A program made the translations under genes and the position numbers. A model generated the notes under the pieces. It did no database searches. It saw only the letters and a list, made by a program, of their open reading frames with translations, and was not told the DNA's origin. This document shows, piece after piece, positions 1-10,837 of a stretch of DNA of 64,000 nucleotides. This DNA is from an uncultured bacterium (lineage in GTDB: Bacteria; Spirochaetota; Spirochaetia; Treponematales; Rectinemataceae), in NCBI GenBank assembly GCA_963787185.1, contig CAWBCC010000011.1, forward strand, positions 135,916 through 199,915. The letters are read 5' to 3'. Positions within the stretch are counted from its first letter, which is position 1; every line of letters begins with the position of its first letter.

Positions 1-349
1 AGGAATCGAAAAAATCGGAGCGGGCGCTCTCGTCGCAGGAATTCGCGGGACGGCCCTCCGGCGTCAAATCGCCGTGCAAAGCGATGATGAGCTCGGGCGA
101 AGGCATGAGGCCCTCCCCCATGGACTCGATAAGCCGCTCGATCAAAGCCCGAAAGAGCTCCCGCGAGGCCTCGTCCTCGGTCTCCAGAAAGAGCTCGTTC
201 CCGCGGCTGAACACCTTGCTGCCGACCAGCTTCTCCATGATGCGGAGATTGTAGTCGTTCGCGCCGCAGAGGTCCGCGAGAATGTTCGTATTCTCCAATA
301 CTATGCCAACGGTACCGTCCAAGGGCTCTCCTCGGATTACTCTACCCAT
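1..349 (-). CDS. PhoH-like protein, N-terminal part (gene continues beyond the left edge)
   Basis: Hand translation of the minus strand from ATG (349-347) gives MGRVIRGEPLDGTVGIVLENTNILADLCGANDYNLRIMEKLVGSKVFSRGNELFLETEDEASRELF..., open to position 1. The LCG-x-D-x-NL-x-I-x-E-x(7)-RGN-x-L pattern resembles the N-terminus of PhoH/YbeZ proteins. It is absent from the ORF track because no stop lies in the window. Confidence 0.5.
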   Translation of the reverse strand, partial: MGRVIRGEPLDGTVGIVLENTNILADLCGANDYNLRIMEKLVGSKVFSRGNELFLETEDEASRELFRALIERLIESMGEGLMPSPELIIALHGDLTPEGRPANSCDESARSDFFDS

Positions 350-395
350 GCTCCCCAAAAAATGCAACGCCCTAGGGCGAGGCCCTCGCCCGAAG

Positions 396-3300
396 TCAAT
401 AGGTGAGCGTCTGCGGGTTCCCCTGGGGGATGCCCTGCGAATCGTACTCGACATCGGATTTCACCATGGAGAGGTCTTTCCAGGTGACGAGGAAGGAGAT
501 CGAGGTCTCGAGGATGTAGTTGGTCATATCCGTGCTGAGAATGGGCGATACCGAGGCTTCGAGGCTGACCGTCCAGTCCTCGAGATCGTGGAGCATCTTG
601 AACGAGAGAGTCTTCAACTTGAAAAGGCTGCGCTGAAGAGCGGCCGTGTTCCAGACCGAGAGGGAATCCAGGAGGTCCTGGACGATATTCCGCCGCCAGA
701 GATCGGCGCCGCCTATATCGGGATCGTTGACCTCGGGGAAGAGCTGGGGATAGTAGCGCCAGAAGGCGGTGTTCTGCGATTGTATCGAAAAGGCGAGGTC
801 GAGGATGTCCCTGATCTTGAGCCCGAGGGTGAGGCCGAAGGTCAGAGTCGAATTGGAAAATTCCAGGATGCTTTGATCCAGGGAGGTGTTGAGGCCGAGC
901 GACCAGACCGTGGGCCGATCCTTGTCGGTCTGAAGGGTTTCGTTGATGCCGATATTCAGATCGGTATTGCGGAACCCGGTGTCTCCGTAGGGGATCCAGC
1001 TGCCGCCGGAATACTCGTAGGCTTGCGTGTTCTGGGACGCGAGGGCGACGGAGATCCCCGCCCAACTGAGCGAGCTCGTGTTCGATTGAGGCTGGCCGAG
1101 CGTGAAATCGTAGATGAACGTGTCGCTGAGCACGGGCCAGGGAGCCGCGCCCAGGACCACGGTGGACGTGAGCGGATCGAAGGAGAAGGTCTGGCCGACG
1201 GAGGGACGGTACGCGCGATCCTGCATCGTCAATGAGGCGAGGCCGGCCTTGAGACTGAGCAGCGCCCCGTAAGACTCCGCCGTCGGCGGCATCGTCATCG
1301 TGAGAGCCAGACTCTGGATGGCGTTCCAGGGTTTTATCGCCAGGTCGAGGGTCGCGCTGTTCGTCGTGATACTGTTGGAGTTCCAACCGAGATAGTTTTG
1401 CGAATAGACCGGAATATCGTTGTTGGCGCCGCTCATCTGCGAAAATTGGAGACCGTAGATGGTCGCATCGAGCGTGTAGCTCAGGCTGGTGGGCGACCAG
1501 AGCCAATCGTCGGCGAAGGGCTGCGAACCCAGCAGGAGGCTCGCGCCCAGCTGTCTGCTCCGATACTGATAGTCGCTGACTCTATACGCGGCCGCACCGC
1601 TCGCATAGTCACCTTGATCGTACAGATAGGGTCTGTACTGGTCCTGCTCGTTCCAGGCCAGGCCCAGATCCGCGGTCAGCAGAGACTGTCGATAGGCCGC
1701 CCTTGCGTCGATGGTGGCGCCGAGCTTGTAGCTCACCAGAGAATACAGAGGCGAGAAATCGATATCGTTCGGCCCTCCCCATGCGTCGCTCTTGTAGCGC
1801 TCTTCCACGTAGGAAGAAGGGGTCAGTCCCCAGTCGATCGAGGCGGCCCAAGGGTCGGCGGTCGACGGGGCCGGTATGTCGGGCGCGCGGGCGGGCGATA
1901 TGAAGTCGCCCAACTTGTCAGGGTTGTCCGAGGCCGCCGACGAAGCGGAAGCGCCGCCGGGCGAATTGCCGGGAGCCGCCCCCTCGCCGGACTCGGGTGC
2001 GGCATCCGTGCTCCAGGGCTCGCGCGGCTGAAGCCCGGAAGCGGGGGATGCGCTCGGGTTGGATGGCGCCGCCGGAACGGCGCCCGTCGCCGGGACCGGA
2101 GCCGCTCCGCCGGCATTCGCGGCATTCGCTGCGGTCGCAGTGGTCGCGATGGTCGCGGCAGTCGCGGTGGTCGCGGCAGTCGTCCCACTCGCGGCCGCGC
2201 TCGTCGTCCCCGCCGCGACGCCGCCGTTGTAGCGGTATAGGTTGCCTTTGATGCTGATGGCGGCGTCGTAGGGGCGGACGACATCGGGATAGAAGAATTG
2301 CCGTGCCGGATCCACGTTATACAAGGTCGCGTTCTCGGTCACCGTAGTAGTCTGCTTGGAGAGCCAGCTCATCGAGGTCTCGAATCGCGTGAGATCGATG
2401 GAGCCGATCCAGGGCTGCAGGCTCGAGGGCCGATAGGAGAAGTTGAGGTCGAATTTGGGATTGAAACCCGTGAGAATGTCGGGCGGCGTGGTCAGGTCGG
2501 GCGTCGAGGAAAAAAGCCGGGTCCAATCCATATCCTCGGATCTGTTCATGAAGTCGTACTGATAGTAGGGATCGGAGTAGAGCGGCACGTCGTACGAAGC
2601 GTTGAGAGTCCCGGCGGTGAACGACGCGGACGAGTCCAGGCCGTAGCGGAAAGGGAGGGAAAGACCGAGAAAGCGGGATCCGTTCCAGACGCTCTGGTAA
2701 TTGGCCGCGGCGTCGTAGGGCGAATAGTAGCCGTTGTCTTCCAGAAAAAGGGAGCGGCTGAAGCCCAGACCCGCGCTGAACGCGATGTTCTTGAACAAAC
2801 CCTCCTGCGGAAAACTGCCCTGAACCCCGGCGAAGGCGCCGAGACCGGTATAGGCGTCGGCCATCACCTTGAGAACGTTGGAGGAAGCCGCTGCGGCCGC
2901 CTTCGCGCTGTCGTCGCGCTTCAGAAAGAGCCCTTTCAGGATCATGGGCCCGCTCTGGCCCTCCTGCGACAGTTTTAGGATGCCGGTGGTCCCCTCCTTC
3001 TGGGGCTTCTGTCCGATGAGGTAGGTCGTCGTTTGGACGAACTCGCCCTCGCGCGACCGGTAGCCGACGACGGGATGGAACACGATCTCCTCGCCGGGGT
3101 AGTAGAAGAAGGGCAGCCAGAGCACGGGCACGTTGCCTATCGAGAAGACCGCGTCGGCGATCGCCCACTCGTTGTCGCCCAGAATCCAGACTTTGCCCGC
3201 GCGGATGGAATAATGGGGATCGGCGGACTGGGAAGATGTTATTACTCCCTTGTCGAAGACGAGGACATTCTTGGAACGGCGGACCATGGTCTCGGCGCTC

Positions 3301-4019
3301 ATGACGAGACCTCTGTCTCCCGTCGCGGCACCCCCTCCGGCTTGCCGCAATGTTCCGTCCAGGAAGACGCCCGTCCAATCGTCGAGATTGGCGCTCAGAG
3401 AGTCGCCGAAAAAGGTCTCGGTGGTCGTCCCGGACTGCCGCAGAAATCGGACGTGGCCTCGTGCGGTGACGGAGTTGCGAGCGCGATCGTAGGTGACTTC
3501 CTGCGCCTCGATGCGCTGGATCGCCCCGCTCGCCTCCTTGAGGGTGAGGACGACGCCCCCCGAGGCGCGAATTATGTCGCCTTCGCCGTTCTCGAGCGTG
3601 AAGTAGGAGGCCTGGTCGGCCCGTTCGATCGTGATGACCGTGCCTTTGCGCTCGGCCGCGGAGGGCGGCGGCTTTATCTTATAATGATCGTAGAGCCGCG
3701 AACGAATATCGGCTGCAGAGCCTGCGTCCGAGAGCCCGAGCGATCTGGCCCATGCGGCGAGCTCGTAGAAAGTGGCCGTGGATATGTCGAGCGGCAGCGT
3801 GGCCATGTATAGTTCATCGTCGGGCCCGGACGTCGATGCCGCCGGCACGGTCGGGGCCTCCGGCGCCGCCGGTGCGGTCGATGCCGAGGGGCTTGTCGAG
3901 GTTGCCGGCGCGGTCGGAGAAACCGCGGGCGATGCCGAGCTCCCGGAGTTCTGCCCGTGCAGCGCCGCTGCGAAGAGTATGCAAGAGAAGGAGATGCAGA
4001 CTACGCGGCGCCGAGGCAT
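396..4019 (-). CDS. LptD/OstA-like outer-membrane protein with signal peptide, SAP-like motif and a long low-complexity insert
   Basis: 1207-aa ORF. The N-terminal signal-like segment is MPRRRVVCISFSCILFAAALHG. An OstA-like region (VVLTLKEASGAIQRIEAQEVTYDRARNSVTARGHVRF) is followed by LPFFYYPGEE, typical of LptD C-terminal barrels. An Ala/Thr/Ser/Pro low-complexity block lies mid-protein. Confidence 0.55.
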   Translation of the reverse strand: MPRRRVVCISFSCILFAAALHGQNSGSSASPAVSPTAPATSTSPSASTAPAAPEAPTVPAASTSGPDDELYMATLPLDISTATFYELAAWARSLGLSDAGSAADIRSRLYDHYKIKPPPSAAERKGTVITIERADQASYFTLENGEGDIIRASGGVVLTLKEASGAIQRIEAQEVTYDRARNSVTARGHVRFLRQSGTTTETFFGDSLSANLDDWTGVFLDGTLRQAGGGAATGDRGLVMSAETMVRRSKNVLVFDKGVITSSQSADPHYSIRAGKVWILGDNEWAIADAVFSIGNVPVLWLPFFYYPGEEIVFHPVVGYRSREGEFVQTTTYLIGQKPQKEGTTGILKLSQEGQSGPMILKGLFLKRDDSAKAAAAASSNVLKVMADAYTGLGAFAGVQGSFPQEGLFKNIAFSAGLGFSRSLFLEDNGYYSPYDAAANYQSVWNGSRFLGLSLPFRYGLDSSASFTAGTLNASYDVPLYSDPYYQYDFMNRSEDMDWTRLFSSTPDLTTPPDILTGFNPKFDLNFSYRPSSLQPWIGSIDLTRFETSMSWLSKQTTTVTENATLYNVDPARQFFYPDVVRPYDAAISIKGNLYRYNGGVAAGTTSAAASGTTAATTATAATIATTATAANAANAGGAAPVPATGAVPAAPSNPSASPASGLQPREPWSTDAAPESGEGAAPGNSPGGASASSAASDNPDKLGDFISPARAPDIPAPSTADPWAASIDWGLTPSSYVEERYKSDAWGGPNDIDFSPLYSLVSYKLGATIDARAAYRQSLLTADLGLAWNEQDQYRPYLYDQGDYASGAAAYRVSDYQYRSRQLGASLLLGSQPFADDWLWSPTSLSYTLDATIYGLQFSQMSGANNDIPVYSQNYLGWNSNSITTNSATLDLAIKPWNAIQSLALTMTMPPTAESYGALLSLKAGLASLTMQDRAYRPSVGQTFSFDPLTSTVVLGAAPWPVLSDTFIYDFTLGQPQSNTSSLSWAGISVALASQNTQAYEYSGGSWIPYGDTGFRNTDLNIGINETLQTDKDRPTVWSLGLNTSLDQSILEFSNSTLTFGLTLGLKIRDILDLAFSIQSQNTAFWRYYPQLFPEVNDPDIGGADLWRRNIVQDLLDSLSVWNTAALQRSLFKLKTLSFKMLHDLEDWTVSLEASVSPILSTDMTNYILETSISFLVTWKDLSMVKSDVEYDSQGIPQGNPQTLTY

Positions 4020-4074
4020 GACTTTGGATACTACCTGTGCTCGGCTTCCTAGTAAAGTGAAAAGGCCCGTTATG

Positions 4075-6906
4075 CTAGACCAGGACCTCTTTGAGATACT
4101 TGCCGGTGTAGGACGCCTTCGCCTTGACGACCTGTTCGGGCCGACCCTGCGCGATGATCCGGCCTCCCCTGTCGCCGCCCTCGGGCCCGAGGTCGACGAT
4201 CCAGTCGGCCTGCTTTATCACATCGAGGTTGTGTTCGATCATGACGACGGAATTGCCCGTGTCGACGAGACGTTGGATGACTTCCATGAGCTGCTTGACG
4301 TCCGCGAAATGCAGACCGGTCGTCGGCTCGTCCAGGAAGTAGAGAGTCTTGCCCGTGCTTCGCTTCGAGAGTTCGAAGGCAAGCTTCACTCGCTGTGCCT
4401 CCCCCCCGGAAAGGGTGAGCGCGGACTGCCCCAGCTTGATGTAGCCGAGCCCGACGGACAATAGCGTGTTCATCTTGTGCGCGATGTGCGGGATATGCTC
4501 GAAGAAGTCGGCCGCCTCCTCGATCGTCATGTCGAGGACCTCCGCGATATTCCTGCCCTTGTATCGGACGTCGAGAGTGTCCGCATTGAAACGGCGCCCG
4601 TGGCAGACATCGCAGGTGATGTAGACATCGGGAAGGAAGTTCATTTCGATCTTGATGGTCCCGTCGCCCTGGCAGTTTTCGCAGCGGCCGCCCTTCACGT
4701 TGAAGGAGAACCTGCCCGGCTTCCAACCCCGCGCCTTGGACTCCGGCAGGGAGGAAAAGAGATCGCGGATCCCGGTGAATACCCCGACATAGGTCGCCGG
4801 GTTCGAACGCGGCGTGCGGCCGATGGGACTCTGGTCTATATTGATGATCTTGTCGATGGCCTCGAGTCCCTCGATCGAGCCGTAATCGCCTTCCTGCCAG
4901 GACGTGCCCATGACACGGTTCGAAATGACGGGATAGAGCAAATCCGAGAGCAGGGTCGACTTGCCCGATCCGGAGACGCCCGTGATGCAGGTAAACAGTC
5001 CCAGCTTGAGCTCGACGTCGATGCCCTTGAGATTGTGCTCGCGGCAGCCCTTGATGATTATGCTCTTTCCGTTCCCTTCGCGTCGTACGGCGGGTACTTC
5101 GATGCTCAGTTTTCCCGCGAGATACTGTCCCGTGATGCTCTTGCAGTTTTTCATGACTTCGGCCGGCGTTCCCTGCGCCACCACGTGGCCGCCGTGCACG
5201 CCGGCGCCCGGCCCCAGGTCGACGATCCAGTCGGCCGTGCGCAGCGTCTGTTCGTCGTGCTCCACGACGATGAGAGTGTTGCCGATGTCGCGCAGGAATA
5301 TGAGCGTGTCGATGAGGCGCTGGTTGTCGCGCTGGTGCAGGCCGATGGACGGCTCGTCGAGGATGTAGAGCACTCCCACGAGCGAGGAACCGATCTGAGT
5401 GGCGAGACGTATGCGCTGGGCCTCGCCTCCCGACAGGGTAGCTGCCTTGCGCTCGAGAGTCAGGTACTCGAGGCCGACGTTGCGCATGAAGTTGAGCCGC
5501 GCAGTGATCTCCTTGAGTATCTGCTTGGCGATCTGCCGCTCGGTATCGCTCAACGTTATGCTCTCGAAAAAGGCCAGAGACTCCTCCACCGACTTCGCCG
5601 ACAGATCGTGCACGTTGGTTCCGTCGATCGTGACCGCCAGGGCTTCCGGCCTGAGGCGCCGCCCCCCGCAGGCCTCGCAGCTCTTTTCGCTCATGAAACG
5701 CTCGAGCCACTGCTTGATGCCTTCGCTCTGCGTCTCGAGATAGCGACGCTTGAGGTCGGCGAGTATGCCGGGAAAGCGGGACTCGTATTCGAAGCGGCCG
5801 GTGCCCTCCCTGTTCTCGTACTTGATCTTCACGGCTTCGTCCGTGCCGCGCAGGATCGCGTCGATCACCCGTTTGGGAAGATCCTTGAACGGCGTATCGA
5901 GGCTGAACTTGAAGTGCCGGGCGAGAGACTCGAATCGACTCCTGTTCCAGGCGGAGTCCGGATTGTAGGGAATGCAGCCGCCCTCGTTGAACGACAGGGA
6001 AGGATCCGGGATGACGAGGTCGGGATCGAACTCGAGCTTGATGCCGAGGCCCGAGCAGACGGGACAGGCGCCCTGGGGAGCATTGAACGAAAAAAGTCGC
6101 GGCTCCATCTCGGGCAGGGATATGCCGCATTCCGGGCAGGCGCCCTTCTGGCTGAAGAACTCTTCCGTAGTCTTCCCATCCTCCTCTCGGAGCACGACTA
6201 CGCTTCCTTCCGCGATCTCGAGCGAGGTCTCCACGGATTCGGCAAGCCTGGTACGCGCATCGTTCGTGAGCCTGATTCGATCCACGACGATCTCGATCGA
6301 GTGCTTGCGTTGCTTATCGAGCTTGAAATCGCCGGCGCCGTCCGAAGGCAATTCGCGCATATCCCCGTCGACACGGGCACGGGCGAAACCCTGCTTGGAT
6401 GCGTCCTCGAGTATCTTCTTGTGTTCGCCTTTCTGCGCCCGAACGACCGGAGCCAGAATCTGAAGCTTGATTCCCGGAGACCAGGAGAGGATGGTGTCCA
6501 GTATCTGGTCGATGCCCTGCTCGCGGATCTCGCGGCCGCAGCGCGGGCAATGCGGCACGCCGACGCGCGCGTAAAGCAGGCGGTAGTAGTCGTAGATCTC
6601 GGTGACGGTGCCGACCGTGGAACGAGGATTGCGATGCGTGGTCTTCTGCTCGATCGATATGGCGGGGGACAGACCTTCGATGTAGTCCACGTCGGGCTTG
6701 TCCATGCGGCCCAGGAACTGGCGGGCGTACGCCGACAGGGATTCGACGTAGCGCCGCTGCCCCTCGGCGAAGAGAGTATCGAAGGCGAGCGAGCTCTTTC
6801 CCGAGCCGGAAAGGCCGGATATGACTATGAGCTTGTCGCGCGGCAGCTCGAGGTCGATGTTTTTGAGATTGTGTTCACGCGCACCTTTTATTATGAGCTT
6901 ATCCAT
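4075..6906 (-). CDS. uvrA: excinuclease ABC subunit A
   Basis: 943-aa ORF starting [66 protein letters not shown]. It has two ABC ATPase modules (second Walker [11 protein letters not shown]) and zinc-finger cysteines, with full-length UvrA architecture. Confidence 0.97.
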   Translation of the reverse strand: MDKLIIKGAREHNLKNIDLELPRDKLIVISGLSGSGKSSLAFDTLFAEGQRRYVESLSAYARQFLGRMDKPDVDYIEGLSPAISIEQKTTHRNPRSTVGTVTEIYDYYRLLYARVGVPHCPRCGREIREQGIDQILDTILSWSPGIKLQILAPVVRAQKGEHKKILEDASKQGFARARVDGDMRELPSDGAGDFKLDKQRKHSIEIVVDRIRLTNDARTRLAESVETSLEIAEGSVVVLREEDGKTTEEFFSQKGACPECGISLPEMEPRLFSFNAPQGACPVCSGLGIKLEFDPDLVIPDPSLSFNEGGCIPYNPDSAWNRSRFESLARHFKFSLDTPFKDLPKRVIDAILRGTDEAVKIKYENREGTGRFEYESRFPGILADLKRRYLETQSEGIKQWLERFMSEKSCEACGGRRLRPEALAVTIDGTNVHDLSAKSVEESLAFFESITLSDTERQIAKQILKEITARLNFMRNVGLEYLTLERKAATLSGGEAQRIRLATQIGSSLVGVLYILDEPSIGLHQRDNQRLIDTLIFLRDIGNTLIVVEHDEQTLRTADWIVDLGPGAGVHGGHVVAQGTPAEVMKNCKSITGQYLAGKLSIEVPAVRREGNGKSIIIKGCREHNLKGIDVELKLGLFTCITGVSGSGKSTLLSDLLYPVISNRVMGTSWQEGDYGSIEGLEAIDKIINIDQSPIGRTPRSNPATYVGVFTGIRDLFSSLPESKARGWKPGRFSFNVKGGRCENCQGDGTIKIEMNFLPDVYITCDVCHGRRFNADTLDVRYKGRNIAEVLDMTIEEAADFFEHIPHIAHKMNTLLSVGLGYIKLGQSALTLSGGEAQRVKLAFELSKRSTGKTLYFLDEPTTGLHFADVKQLMEVIQRLVDTGNSVVMIEHNLDVIKQADWIVDLGPEGGDRGGRIIAQGRPEQVVKAKASYTGKYLKEVLV

Positions 6907-7063
6907 AGTGAGCGTTAAGATAACGCCGCCGGACGAAGGCGTGCAAGTGGTTTAGCTTAATCCTTGTATAGTGATGCTCTTTCGAAATGCCGACGCATAT
7001 CGCCGGAGCGGCACGGCGCACTGCACTCTTGTCCACCGACGCCCGCGCGGAGCAATATGAGCC

Positions 7064-7531
7064 ATGTCGGAGCTTCTGATTCTCGATCTCCGCGCTCCCT
7101 TGTCCTATCGGTGCCCGGAGGGGGAACGGCTTCGCAGACTCGATCTGTGCTGGCCTCTCCCCGACCTCGAGGAAGGCGCCGAAGAACTCTACGCCTTCGA
7201 CGAAACCGAGGCGATCGGCGAAGAAGCGGGGAACGGTCCCCGGATCGCGGTTCCCCTGCCGGCGGCTCGGTTCGCAGCGGCTCGTCGCCGAGACGCTCCC
7301 GCTGCAGACGGGGAAGCCGCTTCCCTCGGAGCGGGAACCTTCTGTCTCCCGGCCGGCCGCTATGCCTTCACTCAATTCCGCGCCGGGGAGATGCAAGGTC
7401 TCATCGAAGCGATGACCGACTTCGTGAGAGACTGCTGGTGGCAGCGCGTCTCGGTCGCGGGGCAGATCTTTCTGCGGCGGGTCCGCGAAGACGGCGAGGC
7501 GAAACTGCAGCTTCTGCGTCGAAGTCCGTAG
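7064..7531 (+). CDS. hypothetical protein (155 aa)
   Basis: ORF with plausible acidic/helical composition, divergent from uvrA. I recognised no family. Confidence 0.4.
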   Translation: MSELLILDLRAPLSYRCPEGERLRRLDLCWPLPDLEEGAEELYAFDETEAIGEEAGNGPRIAVPLPAARFAAARRRDAPAADGEAASLGAGTFCLPAGRYAFTQFRAGEMQGLIEAMTDFVRDCWWQRVSVAGQIFLRRVREDGEAKLQLLRRSP

Positions 7532-7565
7532 TGCTCCTTCGAAACGCTTCGGTCCGGATGCCGCC

Positions 7566-9377
7566 CTATTCGAGCACGGCGTAGATCCGCCGCACGCCGG
7601 CGCTGGAGGACTGCTCCTTCTGTATCCGGAAGCGCCCCAGGACTCCCGTGCGCTCGACATGGGGCCCGCCGCAGACTTCCTTGGAAAAATCGCCTATCGT
7701 GTAGACCTTGACCGTCTCCTCGTACTTCTCGCCGAAAAGTGCGATCGCTCCGGAAGCCTTGGCTTCCTCGAGTTTCATCATGGCCATGGTGACGGGGAGG
7801 TCGCGGCGTATCTGCTCGTTGACGAGTTCCTCTACGCGCTTGAGCTCCCCGGGGCTCATGGGCGAGCCGTGGGAAAAGTCGAAGCGGAGCCGTTCGGCGG
7901 TGATGTTCGAACCTTTCTGGCCGACATGGTCGCCGAGCACTATGCGCAGGGCCTTGTGGAGAAGGTGGGTGGCGGTATGGTAGCGGGTCGCGATCTCGCC
8001 GTGGTCGGCCAGGCCTCCCTTGAAGACCTGCTCGCTGCCCGCGCGCGAAAGTTCCTGGTGCTTCTTGTAGGCCTCGTCGAATTCTCCGCGATCGACGCTC
8101 ATGCCGCTCTCCGCCGCCAGCTCCTCGGTCAGCTCGATGGGGAATCCATAGGTATCGTATAGCTTGAAGGCCAGTCTGCCCGACATGACCCTCTGAGGAT
8201 TTTTGAGCAGATTCGGGAGCATCTTCTCGAACTCGTGCTCGCCCTTCTGCAATGTCTCCAGGAACTTGGACTCCTCGTTCGCGAGCTCCTGGGCGATCCG
8301 CGCGCGGTTTTCCGCGAGCTCGGGGTAGGGTTCCGCGTAATTCTCGATCACGCGCTCCGCGATGCCGGGCAGGAAGCTGCCCTCGATGCCCAGCTTCCGG
8401 CCGTGGCGCACGGCCCGGCGGATGATGCGCCGCAGGACATAGCCCGCACCTATGTTCGAGGGGCTGACGGCCTTGGGGTCGCCCAGGATGAAGGTCGCCG
8501 TCCGAGCGTGGTCGGCGATGATCCGGAAAGACTTGCCGAGCTCGGCGTCGGCTGCGTACGGCAGGGCCGTCTTCCCCGCCCCTCGCCCCGTCGCCTCGGA
8601 TATCGCCTCGAGAACCGTCGTGAATGCTTCCGTGTCGTAGACGGAGCTTTTGCCCTGGAGCATCGCGACCGTGCGCTCGATGCCCATGCCGGTGTCCACG
8701 CAGGGGTGTTCGAGCGGGAGATACCTGCCTTCGCTCGTCTTGTTGTACTGCATGAAGACGTCGTTCCAGACCTCGAAGTACTTGCCGCAGCTGCAGCCGG
8801 GACGGCAGTCGGGCCCGCATTTCGGCTTGTCCGTGTCGACGAACATCTCCGAATCGGGACCGCAGGGGCCGGTTTCGCCGGCCGGGCCCCACCAATTGTC
8901 TTCCCGGGGCAGGAAGTGGATACGCGCCTCGGGGATGCCGAGTTTTTTCCAGATGCGGGCCGAGTCTCCATCGCGGGGAATGCCCTCTTCGCCCGCGAAG
9001 ACCGTCACCGAGAGTTTGTCGACGGGAATGCCGAGATACTTCGTGTCCGTGAGAAACTCGAATGACCAGGCCAGCGCCTCTTCCTTGAAGTAGTCGCCCA
9101 GAGACCAATTACCGAGCATTTCGAAGAAGGTGAGATGGCTCGGATCGCCGACTGCCTCGATGTCGCCGGTGCGGATGCACTTCTGGTAGTCGGTGAGCCG
9201 CTTCCCCGCCGGGTGCGGTTCGCCGAGCAGATAGGGGACGAGGGGGTGCATGCCCGCGGTGGTGAATAGCACGGTGGGATCGTTTTCGGGGATGAGAGAC
9301 TTGCCGGAAATCTCGACGTGGCCCTTGGAAACGAAGAAATCTATATACTTTCTACGCAGTTCATTGATCGTGACCAT
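7566..9377 (-). CDS. alaS: alanine--tRNA ligase, short (603 aa) form
   Basis: N-terminus MVTINELRRKYIDFFVSKGHVEISGKSLIPENDPTVLFTTAGMHPLVPYLLG is class-II AlaRS. The C-terminal part carries editing-domain motifs (HTATHLLHKALR ... CGGPHV). It is much shorter than the roughly 875-aa canonical enzyme. Confidence 0.93.
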   Translation of the reverse strand: MVTINELRRKYIDFFVSKGHVEISGKSLIPENDPTVLFTTAGMHPLVPYLLGEPHPAGKRLTDYQKCIRTGDIEAVGDPSHLTFFEMLGNWSLGDYFKEEALAWSFEFLTDTKYLGIPVDKLSVTVFAGEEGIPRDGDSARIWKKLGIPEARIHFLPREDNWWGPAGETGPCGPDSEMFVDTDKPKCGPDCRPGCSCGKYFEVWNDVFMQYNKTSEGRYLPLEHPCVDTGMGIERTVAMLQGKSSVYDTEAFTTVLEAISEATGRGAGKTALPYAADAELGKSFRIIADHARTATFILGDPKAVSPSNIGAGYVLRRIIRRAVRHGRKLGIEGSFLPGIAERVIENYAEPYPELAENRARIAQELANEESKFLETLQKGEHEFEKMLPNLLKNPQRVMSGRLAFKLYDTYGFPIELTEELAAESGMSVDRGEFDEAYKKHQELSRAGSEQVFKGGLADHGEIATRYHTATHLLHKALRIVLGDHVGQKGSNITAERLRFDFSHGSPMSPGELKRVEELVNEQIRRDLPVTMAMMKLEEAKASGAIALFGEKYEETVKVYTIGDFSKEVCGGPHVERTGVLGRFRIQKEQSSSAGVRRIYAVLE

Positions 9378-9439
9378 GGCCGCGAGTGTAAAGGAGGGGC
9401 CCGAAGACCGTCAAGGACGAGGGCGGCGACCCATCTCGG

Positions 9440-10738
9440 CTATTCGACGTCGGGATGGTTCTTGCGAATCTCTTCTATTCGAGGAAGTATCTCGAAGAAG
9501 GCCGTCACGATCTCGGGATCGAACTTCGTGCCGCTCATGTTGCGGATCTCCTCGTAGACTTTGTCGGAGCTCCAGGCTTCCTTATAGACGCGCTTCGAAA
9601 CGAGCGCATCGAACACGTCGGCCACGGCGACGATCCGACCGGGCAGGGGAATCTCCTCGCCTTTGAGCCGTCGGGGCTTCCCCTCGACGACTTCGAGCGC
9701 GGGCGCGTCCCAGACTTCGACGTCGCGCGAGACGCCCTCGACCGCGATGGTCCGGACTTCCGGGCTGGCTCGCGCGTAATCGACCCTGCCGGGATAACCC
9801 GTCCCGTCCCAGCTTTCATGGTGAGTGAGGGTGATTTCCGCCGCCATTCGATCGAAATCAGACTCGGGATTCTTGAAGAGCCGCGCCCCGCAATAGGTGT
9901 GCGCCTGCATGACCTGATATTCCGGCTCGGTGAATCGCGCGGCCTTCTTCAGAATGAGGTCGGAGATCGCCACCTTGCCGATGTCGTGGAGCATGGCGGC
10001 CATTTTGAGGGTATCCTTCGTCCTATCGCGTTCCTTTTCCCCGATGCCGTGCCGGAAGGCCCAGCGCTCGTATATTTCGGCGGCATAGCCCGAGACTCGG
10101 TACACGTGCGCGGCCGTCTCGTGAGAGTCGCGCAACTCGGCCGTTTGGATCATCCTCAGGACGAGGGCACGCGTCATGTATGCCCGCATGAGGGCGTTCG
10201 TGGCGCTGGATGCGAAATGGCCGACTATCGCCTCGTCGTCCTTGGTGAAGGGCACGACCTTGTTCTTCTCTCCCACTGCGTTAATGACCTGGATGACGCC
10301 TAGGAGGCTGCCGGAGCTCGCGATCAGAGGCACGGCCAAAATCGACGTGGTCTTGTAGTCGTTCGCCTTGTCGAAGGAAGGGCTGAACTTGTAGGGCCTG
10401 TCCGTAGGCATGGCGTATGCGTCGTCGATACGTACGACGACCTGATTCTTGGCCGAATAGCCCGCCACCCGGGATTCGTCGATCGGGATTCTCTGGTTGG
10501 AATATGGAAGCTTTTCACCGGGGGGAAGTCGATTCTCGAGGGTGGCATTTTGGCTGTACTTGAACACCAGCTGATCGCCTTCCTTCTCGTAAATAGTTCC
10601 CGCGTCGGCGTTTACTACATGCCGTGCCTCGAGTAGAATGCGCTCGAGGAGGATATCCGCATCCTGTATCTTGCTCAGCTCGGAATCGATCTGGAAAATT
10701 ATGTCCCGGAAATCGCGCTTGCTTTTCTTGGCCGACAT
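9440..10738 (-). CDS. GAF domain / HD-GYP domain protein (putative c-di-GMP phosphodiesterase)
   Basis: 432 aa with an N-terminal GAF-like region. The C-terminal part has HDIGKVAISD and HHESWDGTGYP motifs characteristic of HD-GYP. Confidence 0.85.
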   Translation of the reverse strand: MSAKKSKRDFRDIIFQIDSELSKIQDADILLERILLEARHVVNADAGTIYEKEGDQLVFKYSQNATLENRLPPGEKLPYSNQRIPIDESRVAGYSAKNQVVVRIDDAYAMPTDRPYKFSPSFDKANDYKTTSILAVPLIASSGSLLGVIQVINAVGEKNKVVPFTKDDEAIVGHFASSATNALMRAYMTRALVLRMIQTAELRDSHETAAHVYRVSGYAAEIYERWAFRHGIGEKERDRTKDTLKMAAMLHDIGKVAISDLILKKAARFTEPEYQVMQAHTYCGARLFKNPESDFDRMAAEITLTHHESWDGTGYPGRVDYARASPEVRTIAVEGVSRDVEVWDAPALEVVEGKPRRLKGEEIPLPGRIVAVADVFDALVSKRVYKEAWSSDKVYEEIRNMSGTKFDPEIVTAFFEILPRIEEIRKNHPDVE

Positions 10739-10837
10739 CGCCGCTCCATGTCCGTTAACAGGCTGTCGTAGTTATTATAGCCTACATAAAGAAGTTGCGC
10801 ACTACAAAGCGCGCAAGTATGCGAACAGGAGTTTCCA

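Noticed and set aside
74-406. 110-aa plus-strand ORF at the left edge
   Set aside because: The opposite strand gives a PhoH-like N-terminus with a proper ATG at 349. The plus-strand translation has no recognisable features.
4477-6918. 813-aa plus-strand ORF. Similar long antisense ORFs occur at 17642..19927(-), 24905..27037(-), 22835..24424(-), 35423..36781(-), 37012..38397(-), 49353..50771(+) and 52920..56039(+), among others
   Set aside because: Each lies opposite a gene with strong family motifs (uvrA, amylase-family, addA/addB-like, pepT, trpE, kamD, kamA/kce). The translations are low-complexity Arg/Gly/Ala/Asp-rich. They are typical shadow ORFs of a high-G+C genome.
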